From positions 1 through 59,504 of the forward strand of contig CAZDPU010000005.1 in assembly GCA_964507645.1 (NCBI GenBank): a stretch of 59,504 bases of DNA, in the 5' to 3' direction. Of the stretch, positions 17,710 through 28,200 are shown piece by piece (within the stretch, counting starts at the first letter, position 1; each line of letters starts with the position of its first letter). The notes below the pieces were generated by a model. It was not told the DNA's origin. It searched no databases and was given only the letters and a program-made list of their open reading frames with translations. Source of the DNA: an uncultured bacterium (lineage in GTDB: Bacteria; UBP7; UBA6624). A program made the position numbers and the translations under genes.

Positions 17710-20700
17710 ATTGAATCTTGAAGAGCCCTTACAGGAAAAACCTTACTATCTTTGCTCCAAAACTCCAATGTTTCTAAAAATGCTTCAGCAGATTCTAAAT
17801 TTGTAAAGAGTGGAATTTCATTTTTAACGCTTGCAGCTCTAATTCTCATGCCATCTGTTTCAGCTTCGCTGTTTCCAGAAACAGAATTAATCACAAATGA
17901 AATCCTTCCATCCGATATTAGATTCAATAAATTTGGCTCTCCCTCATGGATTTTCCTAATGGGAAAAGAATCTATTGATTTTTCGGTAAAGAAATCATAT
18001 GTTCCGGATGTAGCATAAATCTCATAACCTAACTTTCTGGCTCTTTTTGCAAGCCCCGATGCAAAGAGTTTGTCCCTGTCGTTTACGGTTATCAAAACAG
18101 CTCCTTTTTCAGAATTTACATCATTAAAACCTAGCGATGTCCAAGTCTTTGAAAAAATCTCAGTTAAAGACTCTCCGAAACTCATTATTTCTCCGGTTGA
18201 CTTCATTTCAGGACCCAACCCAACCTCAACACCTAAAAGTTTATTGAAAGAAAAAACAGGAGCTTTCAATGTGCTACATTTAGGTTTTGGCCCCAATCCT
18301 ATAGGGACACCCTGATCTTCTAAAGTTTGCCCAAGCATTACTTTTGTTGCAACTTTAGCCATTGAAATCCCGGTTGCTTTAGCGAGGAAGGGCACGGTCC
18401 TGCTTGCTCTTGGGTTAACCTCAAGAACATAGATTACACCTTCAGACATTATGTATTGAATATTTAACATCCCAATACAATCGAGACCAAAAGCAATTTT
18501 CTTTCCAATATCTACAATCTGACTAATTGACTCTGGATCAAGTGAAAAGGAAGGAAAAACTGCCATTGAATCACCAGAATGGACCCCAGCTCTTTCAATA
18601 TGCTCCATAACTCCAGGAATATAAACATCTTTTCCATCACAAACTAAATCTATCTCTAGCTCTTTTCCAAATATATACTCATCAATCAATATGGGGTTCT
18701 TACCATCAACCTGCTCATACGCTTCCTTAACAGCTTCAAAAACATCATCTTTTCCATAAGCTATAGTCATAGCCCTACCACCCAGAACAAAAGAAGGCCT
18801 AACAAGAACAGGAAAATTCAAGACATCTATTATTTTGTCAAGTTCATCTGGATTATCAACAGTGTAACCTTTGGGCATTTTTATATCTAGCTTAGATAAT
18901 AATTTATCAATTTTTTTCCTATCTTCAGCAATATCTATACCGGATAATGAAGTTCCTAATAACTTAACATTGTTTTCAACTAATTTTTCAGCCATGTTGA
19001 TACTTGTTTGACCACCAAACTGGACAATAACGCCCTTCGCATCAATTTCATGAACGATTTTCAATACATCTTCATGATTAAGAGGTTCAAAAAATAATTG
19101 ATCGGAAAAATCAAAATCAGTTGAGACTGTCTCAGGGTTGTTGTTAACCATAACTGCCTCAAAACCCATCTCTCTGATTGCTTGAAGAGCATGTACGCAA
19201 CAACAATCAAACTCAATTCCTTGGCCAATTCTTATTGGCCCTCCACCAATTACAACAATTGGAGATTTTGTTTTTTCAGATTCACTTAACTCATTCTCTG
19301 TGCCATAGTAGTACCTCGTGAAAGATTCAAATTCACTAGCACAAGTATCAACCATCCTGAAAGATCTTTTGTTTTTTGTCTTTTTTGAAATTTTTTCTTT
19401 TTCGTAAAAAGGATAAGATTCAATATCTTCTCTTTCAAGAAATTCTTTTCTTTGTTCCTCTGTGCCTAATTTACCTAAAAAAACAAGACGAAGAAGGTCT
19501 TGAATTTCATTTACAAAGAATTCGTTCCATCCAGAAAGAAAACAAATTTTTTCTGAACCCCAGTCCCTAAATATCGATTCAAAAATAGCATAAACTCTTT
19601 GATCTGTTGGTGTTTTCAAAAGCATTTCAATCTCTTTGTCTGTTTTGTCAAAAAACGGAAAAATCTTTTTTCCAGGGATCTCCAAAGAAGCCACGGCTTT
19701 CACGAAAGACTCTTTGAAATTCCTTCCTATAGACATCACTTCCCCAGTTGCTTTCATCTGAACGCCTAACTCCCTGTTTGCTTTTGGAAATTTATCAAAT
19801 GGCCATCTTGGAATCTTTGTAACTATGTAATCAAGAGCGGGTTCAAAACAAGCTGTTGTTGTTCCAGTAACTTTATTTTTAATTTCAGGCAATGTTTTTC
19901 CTGTTGCAATCAATGCAGCAACTCTTGCAATTGGATATCCAGTTGCTTTGCTTGCCAAGGCCGAGGACCTGCTTACTCTTGGGTTAACCTCTATAACTAT
20001 ATATTCTCCCTTCTCATTTAGAGCAAATTGAACATTGCAGCCACCTTTTATATCTAAGCTCTCAATTATTTTTAAACTTGAAGTACGAAGCATGTGATAC
20101 TCTTTGTCTGTTAGTGTTTGGCTTGGAGCAACGACTATTGAATCTCCAGTATGAACACCCATTGGATCTAAGTTTTCCATGTTGCAAACAGTAATACAGT
20201 TTCCAGCACCATCTCTCATAACCTCATACTCAAGTTCTTTCCATCCATAAATAGACTTCTCTAACAAAACTTCAGTTACAGGAGACATCTGCAAACCATT
20301 TTTGACAATCTGTAGAAAACTTGAAACATCATTTGCAAAACCACCCCCAGAACCTCCAAGGGTATATGCAGGCCTAATGACTAAAGGAAGTCCCATTTTC
20401 TTCAAAAAAGCCTCCGCCTCTTCTAGATTTTTAACCACCTTACTTTCTAAAACAGGTTCACCAATTTCCTTCATTAAATCCTTGAAGGACCCCCTATCCT
20501 CAGCCATTTGTATAGAGTCTAAAGAAGTACCTAATAACTTAACATTGTGTTTTTCCAAAATGCCAGTCTTTCCAATCTGAACAGCAAGATTTAAACCAGT
20601 TTGCCCGCCAAGGGTTGGCAAAAGCCCTTGTGGTTTTTCTTTTTCAATTATTTGAATCAAGGTCTCTACAACTAATGGTTCCAAGTAGGTTCTGTCTGCA

Positions 20701-20858
20701 AAATCAACATCAGTCATTATTGTTGCAGGATTATTGTTCACCAAAATTATTTCATGCCCCTCTTCTTTCAAAGCTCTGCATGCTTGGGAACCTGAGTAAT
20801 CAAATTCGGCTGCCTGTCCGATAACTATGGGTCCGCTACCTATTACAAGTATTTTCAT
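17706..20858 (-). CDS. carB: Carbamoyl-phosphate synthase large subunit
   Basis: Duplicated ATP-grasp halves (two GSGPI/GGGPIRIGQ..EFDY modules) plus an MGS-like C-domain. Length 1050 aa. Confidence 0.95.
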   Translation of the reverse strand: MKILVIGSGPIVIGQAAEFDYSGSQACRALKEEGHEIILVNNNPATIMTDVDFADRTYLEPLVVETLIQIIEKEKPQGLLPTLGGQTGLNLAVQIGKTGILEKHNVKLLGTSLDSIQMAEDRGSFKDLMKEIGEPVLESKVVKNLEEAEAFLKKMGLPLVIRPAYTLGGSGGGFANDVSSFLQIVKNGLQMSPVTEVLLEKSIYGWKELEYEVMRDGAGNCITVCNMENLDPMGVHTGDSIVVAPSQTLTDKEYHMLRTSSLKIIESLDIKGGCNVQFALNEKGEYIVIEVNPRVSRSSALASKATGYPIARVAALIATGKTLPEIKNKVTGTTTACFEPALDYIVTKIPRWPFDKFPKANRELGVQMKATGEVMSIGRNFKESFVKAVASLEIPGKKIFPFFDKTDKEIEMLLKTPTDQRVYAIFESIFRDWGSEKICFLSGWNEFFVNEIQDLLRLVFLGKLGTEEQRKEFLEREDIESYPFYEKEKISKKTKNKRSFRMVDTCASEFESFTRYYYGTENELSESEKTKSPIVVIGGGPIRIGQGIEFDCCCVHALQAIREMGFEAVMVNNNPETVSTDFDFSDQLFFEPLNHEDVLKIVHEIDAKGVIVQFGGQTSINMAEKLVENNVKLLGTSLSGIDIAEDRKKIDKLLSKLDIKMPKGYTVDNPDELDKIIDVLNFPVLVRPSFVLGGRAMTIAYGKDDVFEAVKEAYEQVDGKNPILIDEYIFGKELEIDLVCDGKDVYIPGVMEHIERAGVHSGDSMAVFPSFSLDPESISQIVDIGKKIAFGLDCIGMLNIQYIMSEGVIYVLEVNPRASRTVPFLAKATGISMAKVATKVMLGQTLEDQGVPIGLGPKPKCSTLKAPVFSFNKLLGVEVGLGPEMKSTGEIMSFGESLTEIFSKTWTSLGFNDVNSEKGAVLITVNDRDKLFASGLAKRARKLGYEIYATSGTYDFFTEKSIDSFPIRKIHEGEPNLLNLISDGRISFVINSVSGNSEAETDGMRIRAASVKNEIPLFTNLESAEAFLETLEFWSKDSKVFPVRALQDSI

Positions 20859-21328
20859 CTTTGCAAAATAACAACTCCATTCTTTTGTATCGTTCCGGAA
20901 AAATTAGAAATTTTAAGATTTAAGTGAGAGCCTGAAATAGTTGCTTTTCCATAGCTAATTTCAAAAAAAGAATCTGTTTTTATTTCATTTTTCAAAATAT
21001 CTAAATTTAACTGACTGGCAGACAAGCTCCAGTTTTCAAAAGAAAAAAGAGTTATGTCTTTTAAAAAAAATACATTTTCAGTTTTTTTCCAAACTCCCTC
21101 AGCTGCAATTAAGCTTGACTCATTTTCTCCTTGTAAAAAATCCATCTCTATATTTTCTAAAAACAAATTTTCAGTTAAATCCTCCTCAGAATTTTCTCCA
21201 AAAAGTTTAAGGATCTGAACTCCTTCTTGATCTGATATTGTTAATGATATGGGGCTTGATTTGCTTGAAAAAAATAAAAAACCACAAAAAGAAACGAAGA
21301 CTAATAAAATTTCTTTTTTCACAAGCAC
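20855..21328 (-). CDS. Membrane-anchored LptC-like protein (assigned mainly from its position downstream of kdsC)
   Basis: N-terminal TM anchor followed by a ~130-aa beta-rich region. Its start overlaps the kdsC stop by 10 nt, as in kdsC-lptC operons. Confidence 0.4.
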   Translation of the reverse strand: MLVKKEILLVFVSFCGFLFFSSKSSPISLTISDQEGVQILKLFGENSEEDLTENLFLENIEMDFLQGENESSLIAAEGVWKKTENVFFLKDITLFSFENWSLSASQLNLDILKNEIKTDSFFEISYGKATISGSHLNLKISNFSGTIQKNGVVILQR

Positions 21329-21870
21329 TCCAAATACATGTCAACCAACTCTCTAAAAGCTCCATCCCCACCGGATTTCGTCAATATGAAATCACATTTT
21401 CTTTTTAAGCCACTATGAGAATTCGAAACACAAGCACCAACAGCAACATTCAATATGCATTCAAGATCATTTAAATCATCCCCAAGATAAGCTACTTGTG
21501 AAAAATCAAGATTTTTCTTTTTTAAATATTCTGAAAGAACCTCTAACTTGTCTTCGACCCCAAGACCTACCACATCCCAACCTAAATCCTTCACCCTGGA
21601 AATGCTTGAAGAATCCTTCCTCCCAGATAAAACAGCTACGGATACACCTTTTTCCAGAAGAAGTTTTCCAGCATAACCATCATGTACATTAAATTGTTTA
21701 ATAATTTCTGACCCAGAAACAACACCAGGAAGATAATACAGGTTTCCATTTGTAAGTGTGCCATCAATATCCGTAACAAAAAGTTTTATATTTGATGCAT
21801 CAATACTTAAAAATGGATTTGATATTTCTTTTTTTGAAAGTGGATTTCTGACAGTATCTTTACGTTGCAC
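21319..21870 (-). CDS. kdsC: KDO 8-phosphate phosphatase (HAD-IIIA)
   Basis: Motifs FVTDIDGTLTNG, LSGR and YLGDDLNDL. GTG start shares 1 nt with the msrQ stop. Confidence 0.85.
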   Translation of the reverse strand: MQRKDTVRNPLSKKEISNPFLSIDASNIKLFVTDIDGTLTNGNLYYLPGVVSGSEIIKQFNVHDGYAGKLLLEKGVSVAVLSGRKDSSSISRVKDLGWDVVGLGVEDKLEVLSEYLKKKNLDFSQVAYLGDDLNDLECILNVAVGACVSNSHSGLKRKCDFILTKSGGDGAFRELVDMYLECL

Positions 21871-22472
21871 TAATGGCCTATTCTAGAACGAAAATTAAAT
21901 TTAAAAGCACGAAAAAACAACAACAACAAACCTATTAAGATATATATTAAAGCCAAATCGGGACCCTCTTTAGAAACAGACTTGAAATAATAATGAAATG
22001 AAGAAAATGCAAAAGCCAAATAAACCAATTGATGCAATTTTTTCCACCTTCTTGAACCCATTTTTTTTACAAAATACTGATTTGAAGTTATAGCTAATGG
22101 AATCAAACAAAGAAAAGCAAGGAATCCATAAAAAATAAAAGGTCTTTTGACTGCATCAGAATAAAAAAAACCAAGATTAGATTTTTCTAATTCAAATACA
22201 AAATAAATCAAGAAATGAATAAGACAATAAAAAAAAGAAGTTAAACCAAATATCTTTCTACAAAATATCAAATAAGGCTTTTTAGAAAAGGTCATCAAAG
22301 GAGAGATTGCGAGAGTTGCAAGCATAAACCGTATTGAACTTTGGCCTGAATAATGAAGAATGCTCTCAACTGGGTTTATGGAAAAAAAATCAACATTCAG
22401 AAAAGGATATACAAAACTGAAAACAATCAAGAAAAAAGAAAAAAACAAATATTTATTTTTTTTTAAAACCAT
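21870..22472 (-). CDS. msrQ: MsrQ (YedZ-type heme-b membrane subunit)
   Basis: About 6 TM helices with conserved His positions, immediately downstream of msrP and overlapping it. Confidence 0.8.
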   Translation of the reverse strand: MVLKKNKYLFFSFFLIVFSFVYPFLNVDFFSINPVESILHYSGQSSIRFMLATLAISPLMTFSKKPYLIFCRKIFGLTSFFYCLIHFLIYFVFELEKSNLGFFYSDAVKRPFIFYGFLAFLCLIPLAITSNQYFVKKMGSRRWKKLHQLVYLAFAFSSFHYYFKSVSKEGPDLALIYILIGLLLLFFRAFKFNFRSRIGH

Positions 22473-23365
22473 TTTGTCAAATCCATTTTCTCATAAAGCT
22501 TATGAACCTGATCTCCATAACCATTGTAAATTAGCGTTTTCCTTCTTGTCCACTCCCCAATCCTTCTTTCTGTTTTTTGACTCCACCTGGGGTGATCTAC
22601 ATTTGGATTTACATTACTATAAAAACCATACTCTCTCGGATTTGACTTCCACCATGATGTCAAAGGCATATCTTCTTCAAAACTTATCTTTGCTATAGAT
22701 TTGATACTTTTAAAACCATACTTCCATGGAACAACCAATCTTAATGGTGCGCCATTTTGATTCAATAAACTTTCCCCATACAAACCAATTGCTATAAAGG
22801 CAAGGGGGTGCATTGCTTCATCAATTCTCAAACCTTCAACATATGGCCAATCTAAAACATTGCTTTTTTGTCCAGGCATTTCGCTTGGCCTGTAAAGTGT
22901 TTCAAACTTCACGTACTTAGCTTGACTGTTTGGATTAAATTTCGAAAGAAAGTCTGCCAAAGAGAAGCCCAACCAAGGAATGACCATGGACCAGCCTTCA
23001 ACACATCTGAGCCTATAAATCCTTTCTTCAACCTTCATCAAACTTAAAACATCGTCAATATTCATGACTTTGGGAAGATCGCACAATCCAGAAACATTCA
23101 ATTCCCAAGGTTTTGTAACCATCTTCCCTGAATATTTTTTTGGATCATCCTTCCCGGTTCCAAATTCATAAAAATTATTATAGGAAGTTACCGAATCATA
23201 CGGCGTCAACTCTGAATCCTTCTTTGAAAAAAAAGACCTTGCATTTTGAACCAAAGAAAGGGCAGGAAAACCATACAAGGTACTTTTCAAAAAATCTCTT
23301 CTTTTTAAATAAATTGACTTTGGGGTAATTTTTATTTTTTTCATAAACCGTCTAATTTTAGACAA
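22463..23365 (-). CDS. msrP: MsrP (YedY-type periplasmic molybdopterin sulfoxide reductase)
   Basis: Tat-like RRDFLKS, then YNNFYEFG, RLRCVEGWS and PLRLVVPWKYGFKS. Confidence 0.9.
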   Translation of the reverse strand: MSKIRRFMKKIKITPKSIYLKRRDFLKSTLYGFPALSLVQNARSFFSKKDSELTPYDSVTSYNNFYEFGTGKDDPKKYSGKMVTKPWELNVSGLCDLPKVMNIDDVLSLMKVEERIYRLRCVEGWSMVIPWLGFSLADFLSKFNPNSQAKYVKFETLYRPSEMPGQKSNVLDWPYVEGLRIDEAMHPLAFIAIGLYGESLLNQNGAPLRLVVPWKYGFKSIKSIAKISFEEDMPLTSWWKSNPREYGFYSNVNPNVDHPRWSQKTERRIGEWTRRKTLIYNGYGDQVHKLYEKMDLTKWF

Positions 23366-23407
23366 TACATACCAAAAAGGGTATTTAGAATTCTATAAAC
23401 AAAACAA

Positions 23408-24139
23408 ATGACAATAAACCCAATAAAAATTCCAGAAAATATATTTCGGGAAAATTCCAACTACATTTCAACAATAAAAAAAAACAACAATGAGATCTTC
23501 AATATTTGGATTTTTGAAAAAACTAATAATGATGTTACCGAACGGTTTTCCAAGAGAATTTTTCCGAAAAAAAATGGTGTCATAACCTATCCGCTTCCTT
23601 TTCCTAAATACATCAAAGTGAAAAACATAATTAATGATATTGGAATAAATAATTTTTCTAACTTAAAAAACACAGACATCTTGAAAAAAGTTCAAAAATT
23701 CAGTTTGAAAAAAATATCAGAATTAACCTTTTATGAAAATCTTAATCTGGGAATTTTAATCAACACCTTTTGGAAAAATCAAAATTTAATCATTTGGCTA
23801 TCTGAAAAAATTGAGAAAAATGAATTTGAAACAATGAGAAATACAAACTTCAACCAAATATACCTTGCAGAAAATAAAACTTTTTTTGAATCTTGTCCAA
23901 ATCTAATCCTTACGCCATCAGGATGCCTATATAAAAATGAAAAAACAAGCAAGAAAATAAACCTTTATCAAACAAAAACATCCATTTCTCCAGGAGAATA
24001 CCTTGATAAACGAATATTTTTATGGTCATCAGTTCCCGATAAAAATGGTTGGAAAATAAAAACAGATAAAAAAAATACACACTTCATAAAAGAAATTGAT
24101 ACCTTTGCTGACTTTAAAAAAGTTGAAATAAGTTTATGA
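23408..24139 (+). CDS. Hypothetical protein, N/K-rich, no recognisable domain
   Basis: Clean 243-aa ORF. Its stop overlaps the next ORF's start by 4 nt. Confidence 0.55.
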   Translation: MTINPIKIPENIFRENSNYISTIKKNNNEIFNIWIFEKTNNDVTERFSKRIFPKKNGVITYPLPFPKYIKVKNIINDIGINNFSNLKNTDILKKVQKFSLKKISELTFYENLNLGILINTFWKNQNLIIWLSEKIEKNEFETMRNTNFNQIYLAENKTFFESCPNLILTPSGCLYKNEKTSKKINLYQTKTSISPGEYLDKRIFLWSSVPDKNGWKIKTDKKNTHFIKEIDTFADFKKVEISL

Positions 24140-24768
24140 AAAATTTAAGAAAAGTGCTCTCGTCAACACAATGGCTATGGTCATCAATAACAAATAATGC
24201 CTACTTGCCAATATGGTGGATATTCTCAGTCATAATTCCTGTATTGAATCCAGTCTATATATATATTTCAATACTTTTTTACGATGTTGGATTTTTTTTA
24301 TTCTGCAGAAAAAACAAAAGCAACCAACTTTTAAAATTTTACGGAAAAAACAGTTTTTCCAAAGGGGAAGCAGACTTAACTTACATTTTTTCTCATCTAG
24401 CCTGCCTAGGGGCAACAGGACTTCTCGGAAGTGTTGTTTTCCTTTTGTCTTCAAACTCAGCTTATTCAACAAATTCAGAAACATGGGTGTGGCATCTTGT
24501 TTTTAGATCAGCATGGGGATTTTTGATTTGTTTTTTATTCACAACAAAACAAAAAGAAAAAACTATTTTTTTATTGTCTTTGCTTCCTGGTTTTTTAATT
24601 TTCTTAAATATTTTCACATCTTATAAGATGCATGAAAAATTAAGATACCTCTTTAGTGCATTCATTCCGAATATAGATATTTTTAATAAATATGATTTTT
24701 TGATGCTTTTGCCCTTGATTTTTACTATGATAATCTTGGTACTCAAAAAAAATGAATATACTTCTTGA
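24136..24768 (+). CDS. Hypothetical polytopic membrane protein
   Basis: 210 aa with about 5-6 hydrophobic helices, overlapping its neighbours at both ends. Confidence 0.55.
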   Translation: MKNLRKVLSSTQWLWSSITNNAYLPIWWIFSVIIPVLNPVYIYISILFYDVGFFLFCRKNKSNQLLKFYGKNSFSKGEADLTYIFSHLACLGATGLLGSVVFLLSSNSAYSTNSETWVWHLVFRSAWGFLICFLFTTKQKEKTIFLLSLLPGFLIFLNIFTSYKMHEKLRYLFSAFIPNIDIFNKYDFLMLLPLIFTMIILVLKKNEYTS

Positions 24769-25225
24769 AATATTAGGTAATAAAGTTTTCGCAAGTGCTG
24801 CTTTTGGGTCTCTTTTTGGAACAATTTTAAAATCATTTTTTAAAAAAATAAAACTCAACAATGGAAATAGCGCTTCATACGGAGGAATGCCTTCAGGTCA
24901 TACCTCTTTTGCTATGGCTGGTGCGTGGTCCGTTGGGATTAACCTTGGTTTTGGCTCTCCAGTCTTTGGAGTTTCCCTCATTTGGGCAACTTTAGTTATT
25001 TTTGATGCATTGGGAATAAGAAGAAAAACAGGAGAACATGCAAAAGCAATAAATAGCTTGATGGGAGATCTTTTTGAAAGAAAAGATGCAAAGATAATAA
25101 AAAAAGACTTTGAAGAACTCCAGGAAATTCTTGGACACACCCCTATAGAAGTTACAGCTGGCGTAGTAACAGGAATTATGACAGCTATTTTAGTTAATAG
25201 CTATTGGCCATTTTGGACTAACTAG
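24752..25225 (+). CDS. Divergent PAP2 / DUF212-family membrane (acid-phosphatase-like) protein
   Basis: Motifs GGMPSGHTSFAMA, GIRRKTGEHA and LGHTPIEVTAG are typical of the divergent PAP2 (DUF212) family. Confidence 0.7.
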   Translation: MNILLEILGNKVFASAAFGSLFGTILKSFFKKIKLNNGNSASYGGMPSGHTSFAMAGAWSVGINLGFGSPVFGVSLIWATLVIFDALGIRRKTGEHAKAINSLMGDLFERKDAKIIKKDFEELQEILGHTPIEVTAGVVTGIMTAILVNSYWPFWTN

Positions 25226-28200
25226 AATAACCATCCAAATCCTCATCTAAAACACCAGTACCAAAAGGGCTTCCCACGACTTCATAGCTGACATCTTCAA
25301 AATTCCTAAAACCAGTACCAACCGGAACCCTTTCACCAACAATAACATTTTCTTTTAAACCATTCAAAAAGTCTAATTTTCCTTCTATAGCAGCCTCCAT
25401 CAAAGCACTTGCAGTCATTTGAAAACTTGCAGCAGATAAGAAAGAGCTACTATTACTTGCTCCCTTTTTCAACCCTACCAACACCTGTTCCCAACTAATT
25501 CTTTTCAAGCCTGCATCTTCCAACTTCTTATTAATCAGTTTAATTTCATTTATTGGAACCTTGTCATCAGGCATATATGTTGAATCTCCCCCATCTATAA
25601 CCTTGACATACCTAAACATTTCTTTCAGAATAACCTCAAAATGAATATCAAATATATCTACCCCTTGAGATCTGTACACATTTTGAATTTTATCCAAGGC
25701 ATAAGATTGAGCTGCGTCAATCCCTTGAGAGGCTAATATTTCAATAGGGCTTCTCAAACCACTACTTATAGCATCAGCAACACTCAATTCATCTCCAACT
25801 TTAACTTCAATATCTCTGTTTTTGGGAATTAATATTTGTTCAAAATCACCTGATTTAACCTTTAATTTTTTTCCTTTTTTCTTTACAGCAGGAGATACTG
25901 AAACCTCATAGCTGTGTCTTGAATTATTTGGAAGTTCTTTAATGTTTGTAACAATTCCTGAGATAGGACTCAAAACAGCACCTTCACCCTTGATGTCAGG
26001 TTTAAACCTGCTCTGGTAAACTTCAAAGAATATCTCAGCAAGAGGAAGCCCCTGGGTAATATCAGAAACATCAGATCCAGCAACACCTCCTGTATGAAAT
26101 GTTCTCATTGTCAATTGAGTTCCTGGTTCACCGATTGATTGAGCAGCTATAACACCAACAGGGTCAGCCATGCTTACAGGAGATCCAGTTGCTTTATTGT
26201 AGCCGTAGCAATGTGAACAACACCCTCCTGAAGAATTGCAAGTTATCGGAGAAAGTAATTTAACACCTGTTGTTCCAGCTTTGTTTACTTGCACCCAAGA
26301 ATTCTTTTTTGCCGCCTTGAGGCTTCTTGCTTTAACTACCTTAACTATCTTTTCCACATTTTTCTCTGTAATCAAGACTCTTTCGTCACATACAAGATCG
26401 CCATTTTCATCATATATTCTTTCAGAAGTATATCTGTGTATGATTCTTTTTGCAAAAGAACTCCAATTCATTGGACCATCTTTTTCATACCATTTCAAAC
26501 CAAGTTTAGTTTTTGCTTTTTCCTCTTCTTTCTTTGTTTTAAAGTGAGGTCTTTTAGTTATTCCCCTCACAGTACCACAATCATCCTCAACAATATACAG
26601 AGAATGAGCAATATCAACAAGCCTTCTTGTTAAATAACCTGACCTGCTCGTTCTTAAGGCAGTATCTGTTTGTCCTTTTCTTGCTCCATGTGTAGAACTG
26701 AAGTATTCATGAACTGACAAACCTTCCTTAAAATTACTCTTAATAGGAGAAAGTATTAATTTTCCAGTTGGATCAGCCATTAAACCTCTCATTCCAGCAA
26801 GCTGCCTAACCTGATCCATCTTGCCCCTGGCTCCAGAATTAATCATCAACATCAAAGAATTGTCTTCTGCTTGCTCTCCAGCTTCTATCAAAAGCTCAGT
26901 TATCCTTTCTGTTGCCCTGTTCCACAAAGCTTCTATTATTCTTTCGTAACTAATTTTGTCGAATCTTCTTGACTCCAATCTCTTTCCGGATAATGGACTT
27001 AATCCATCAGACCATTTTTCCGGGACATTGTTGTGTTTTTTGTTGGCTGGACGACCTAATTCATTTGGTCTAACCAATTCCAAACCTCCAGTTCTTGGAT
27101 TCTTTTCAGCAAAAGTAATATTTGTTTTCAATCTCTGATTGCACATTCCAGCTAATTCAGGAGTAAGAGTCCCTTTTGAGTAAGCTTTAACAATAAAAGA
27201 CTCAACCTCTTCAGCAAGAGCTATTATCCTTTGTTTTCTTTCAGGAATAATAACATCATCAACAGACAAAGAAATACCTGCTAAACTAGACTGTCTAAAT
27301 CCCAAATCTTTAATTGAATCACATATTTTTATTGCTTCGCTTTGAGGACATTCTTTTAGTATCTTGTTATTTATTCTTCTTAATTCTTTTATATAAACAG
27401 GTTCATCTACAAATGGTACATTGTCTGGTAATATTTCATTAAAAATGACTCTTCCTACAGTCGTAACCCTAAAACCTTTAGAAGCATCTTTTTTCCTAAC
27501 AATAATTACATCCCTAACAGATAGGGGTTTGTTTAATTCATCATCAATAATTCTTTGTGAATCATAAGCCAGCCTTGCTTCACTCTCTGAGGTAAAAGAA
27601 GCCCTTATTCTCGAAATCGGAAAAGAAATACTTTGGACACCTTTTGGCCATTTGGATCTCATGTCTCTGATTAAGTCTTGATTAATGTAGTTCCATTTTT
27701 CTTTAACTGTTTTGATAAAGGGAGAATTTGAAGAAGACATATTCCTGGTTAAAACATGCCCAATAAAGTTTTTTTCTAATTTTTTAGCGCTAGAAAGATC
27801 ATTTCTTGAAATTTCAATTCTTTCTTTTGGATTTGAAGTCAGGTAAGCTAAACCTAAAATAACATCTTGACTCGGGAGGTTTGATGGAGACCCTGTGCCC
27901 GGCACAAAAGGATTATTCGTAGAAAGCATAAGCAATCTTGCTTCAGCCTGAGCTCCTTCTGACAAAGGTAAATGAACAGCCATTTGATCTCCATCGAAAT
28001 CAGCATTAAAAGGAGTACAAACTAAAGGATGAAGCCTGATTGCAGATTCATCAGTCAAAATTGGTTGAAAAGCCTGTATCCCTAGCCTATGCAAGGTTGG
28101 AGCCCTGTTCAACATAACAACAGAAGAACTTATTAGCTGTGCCAGAATATCCCAAACAAGCCTTCTTTCTTTTACTCCTTTCTTAAGAAGTTCAGATATC

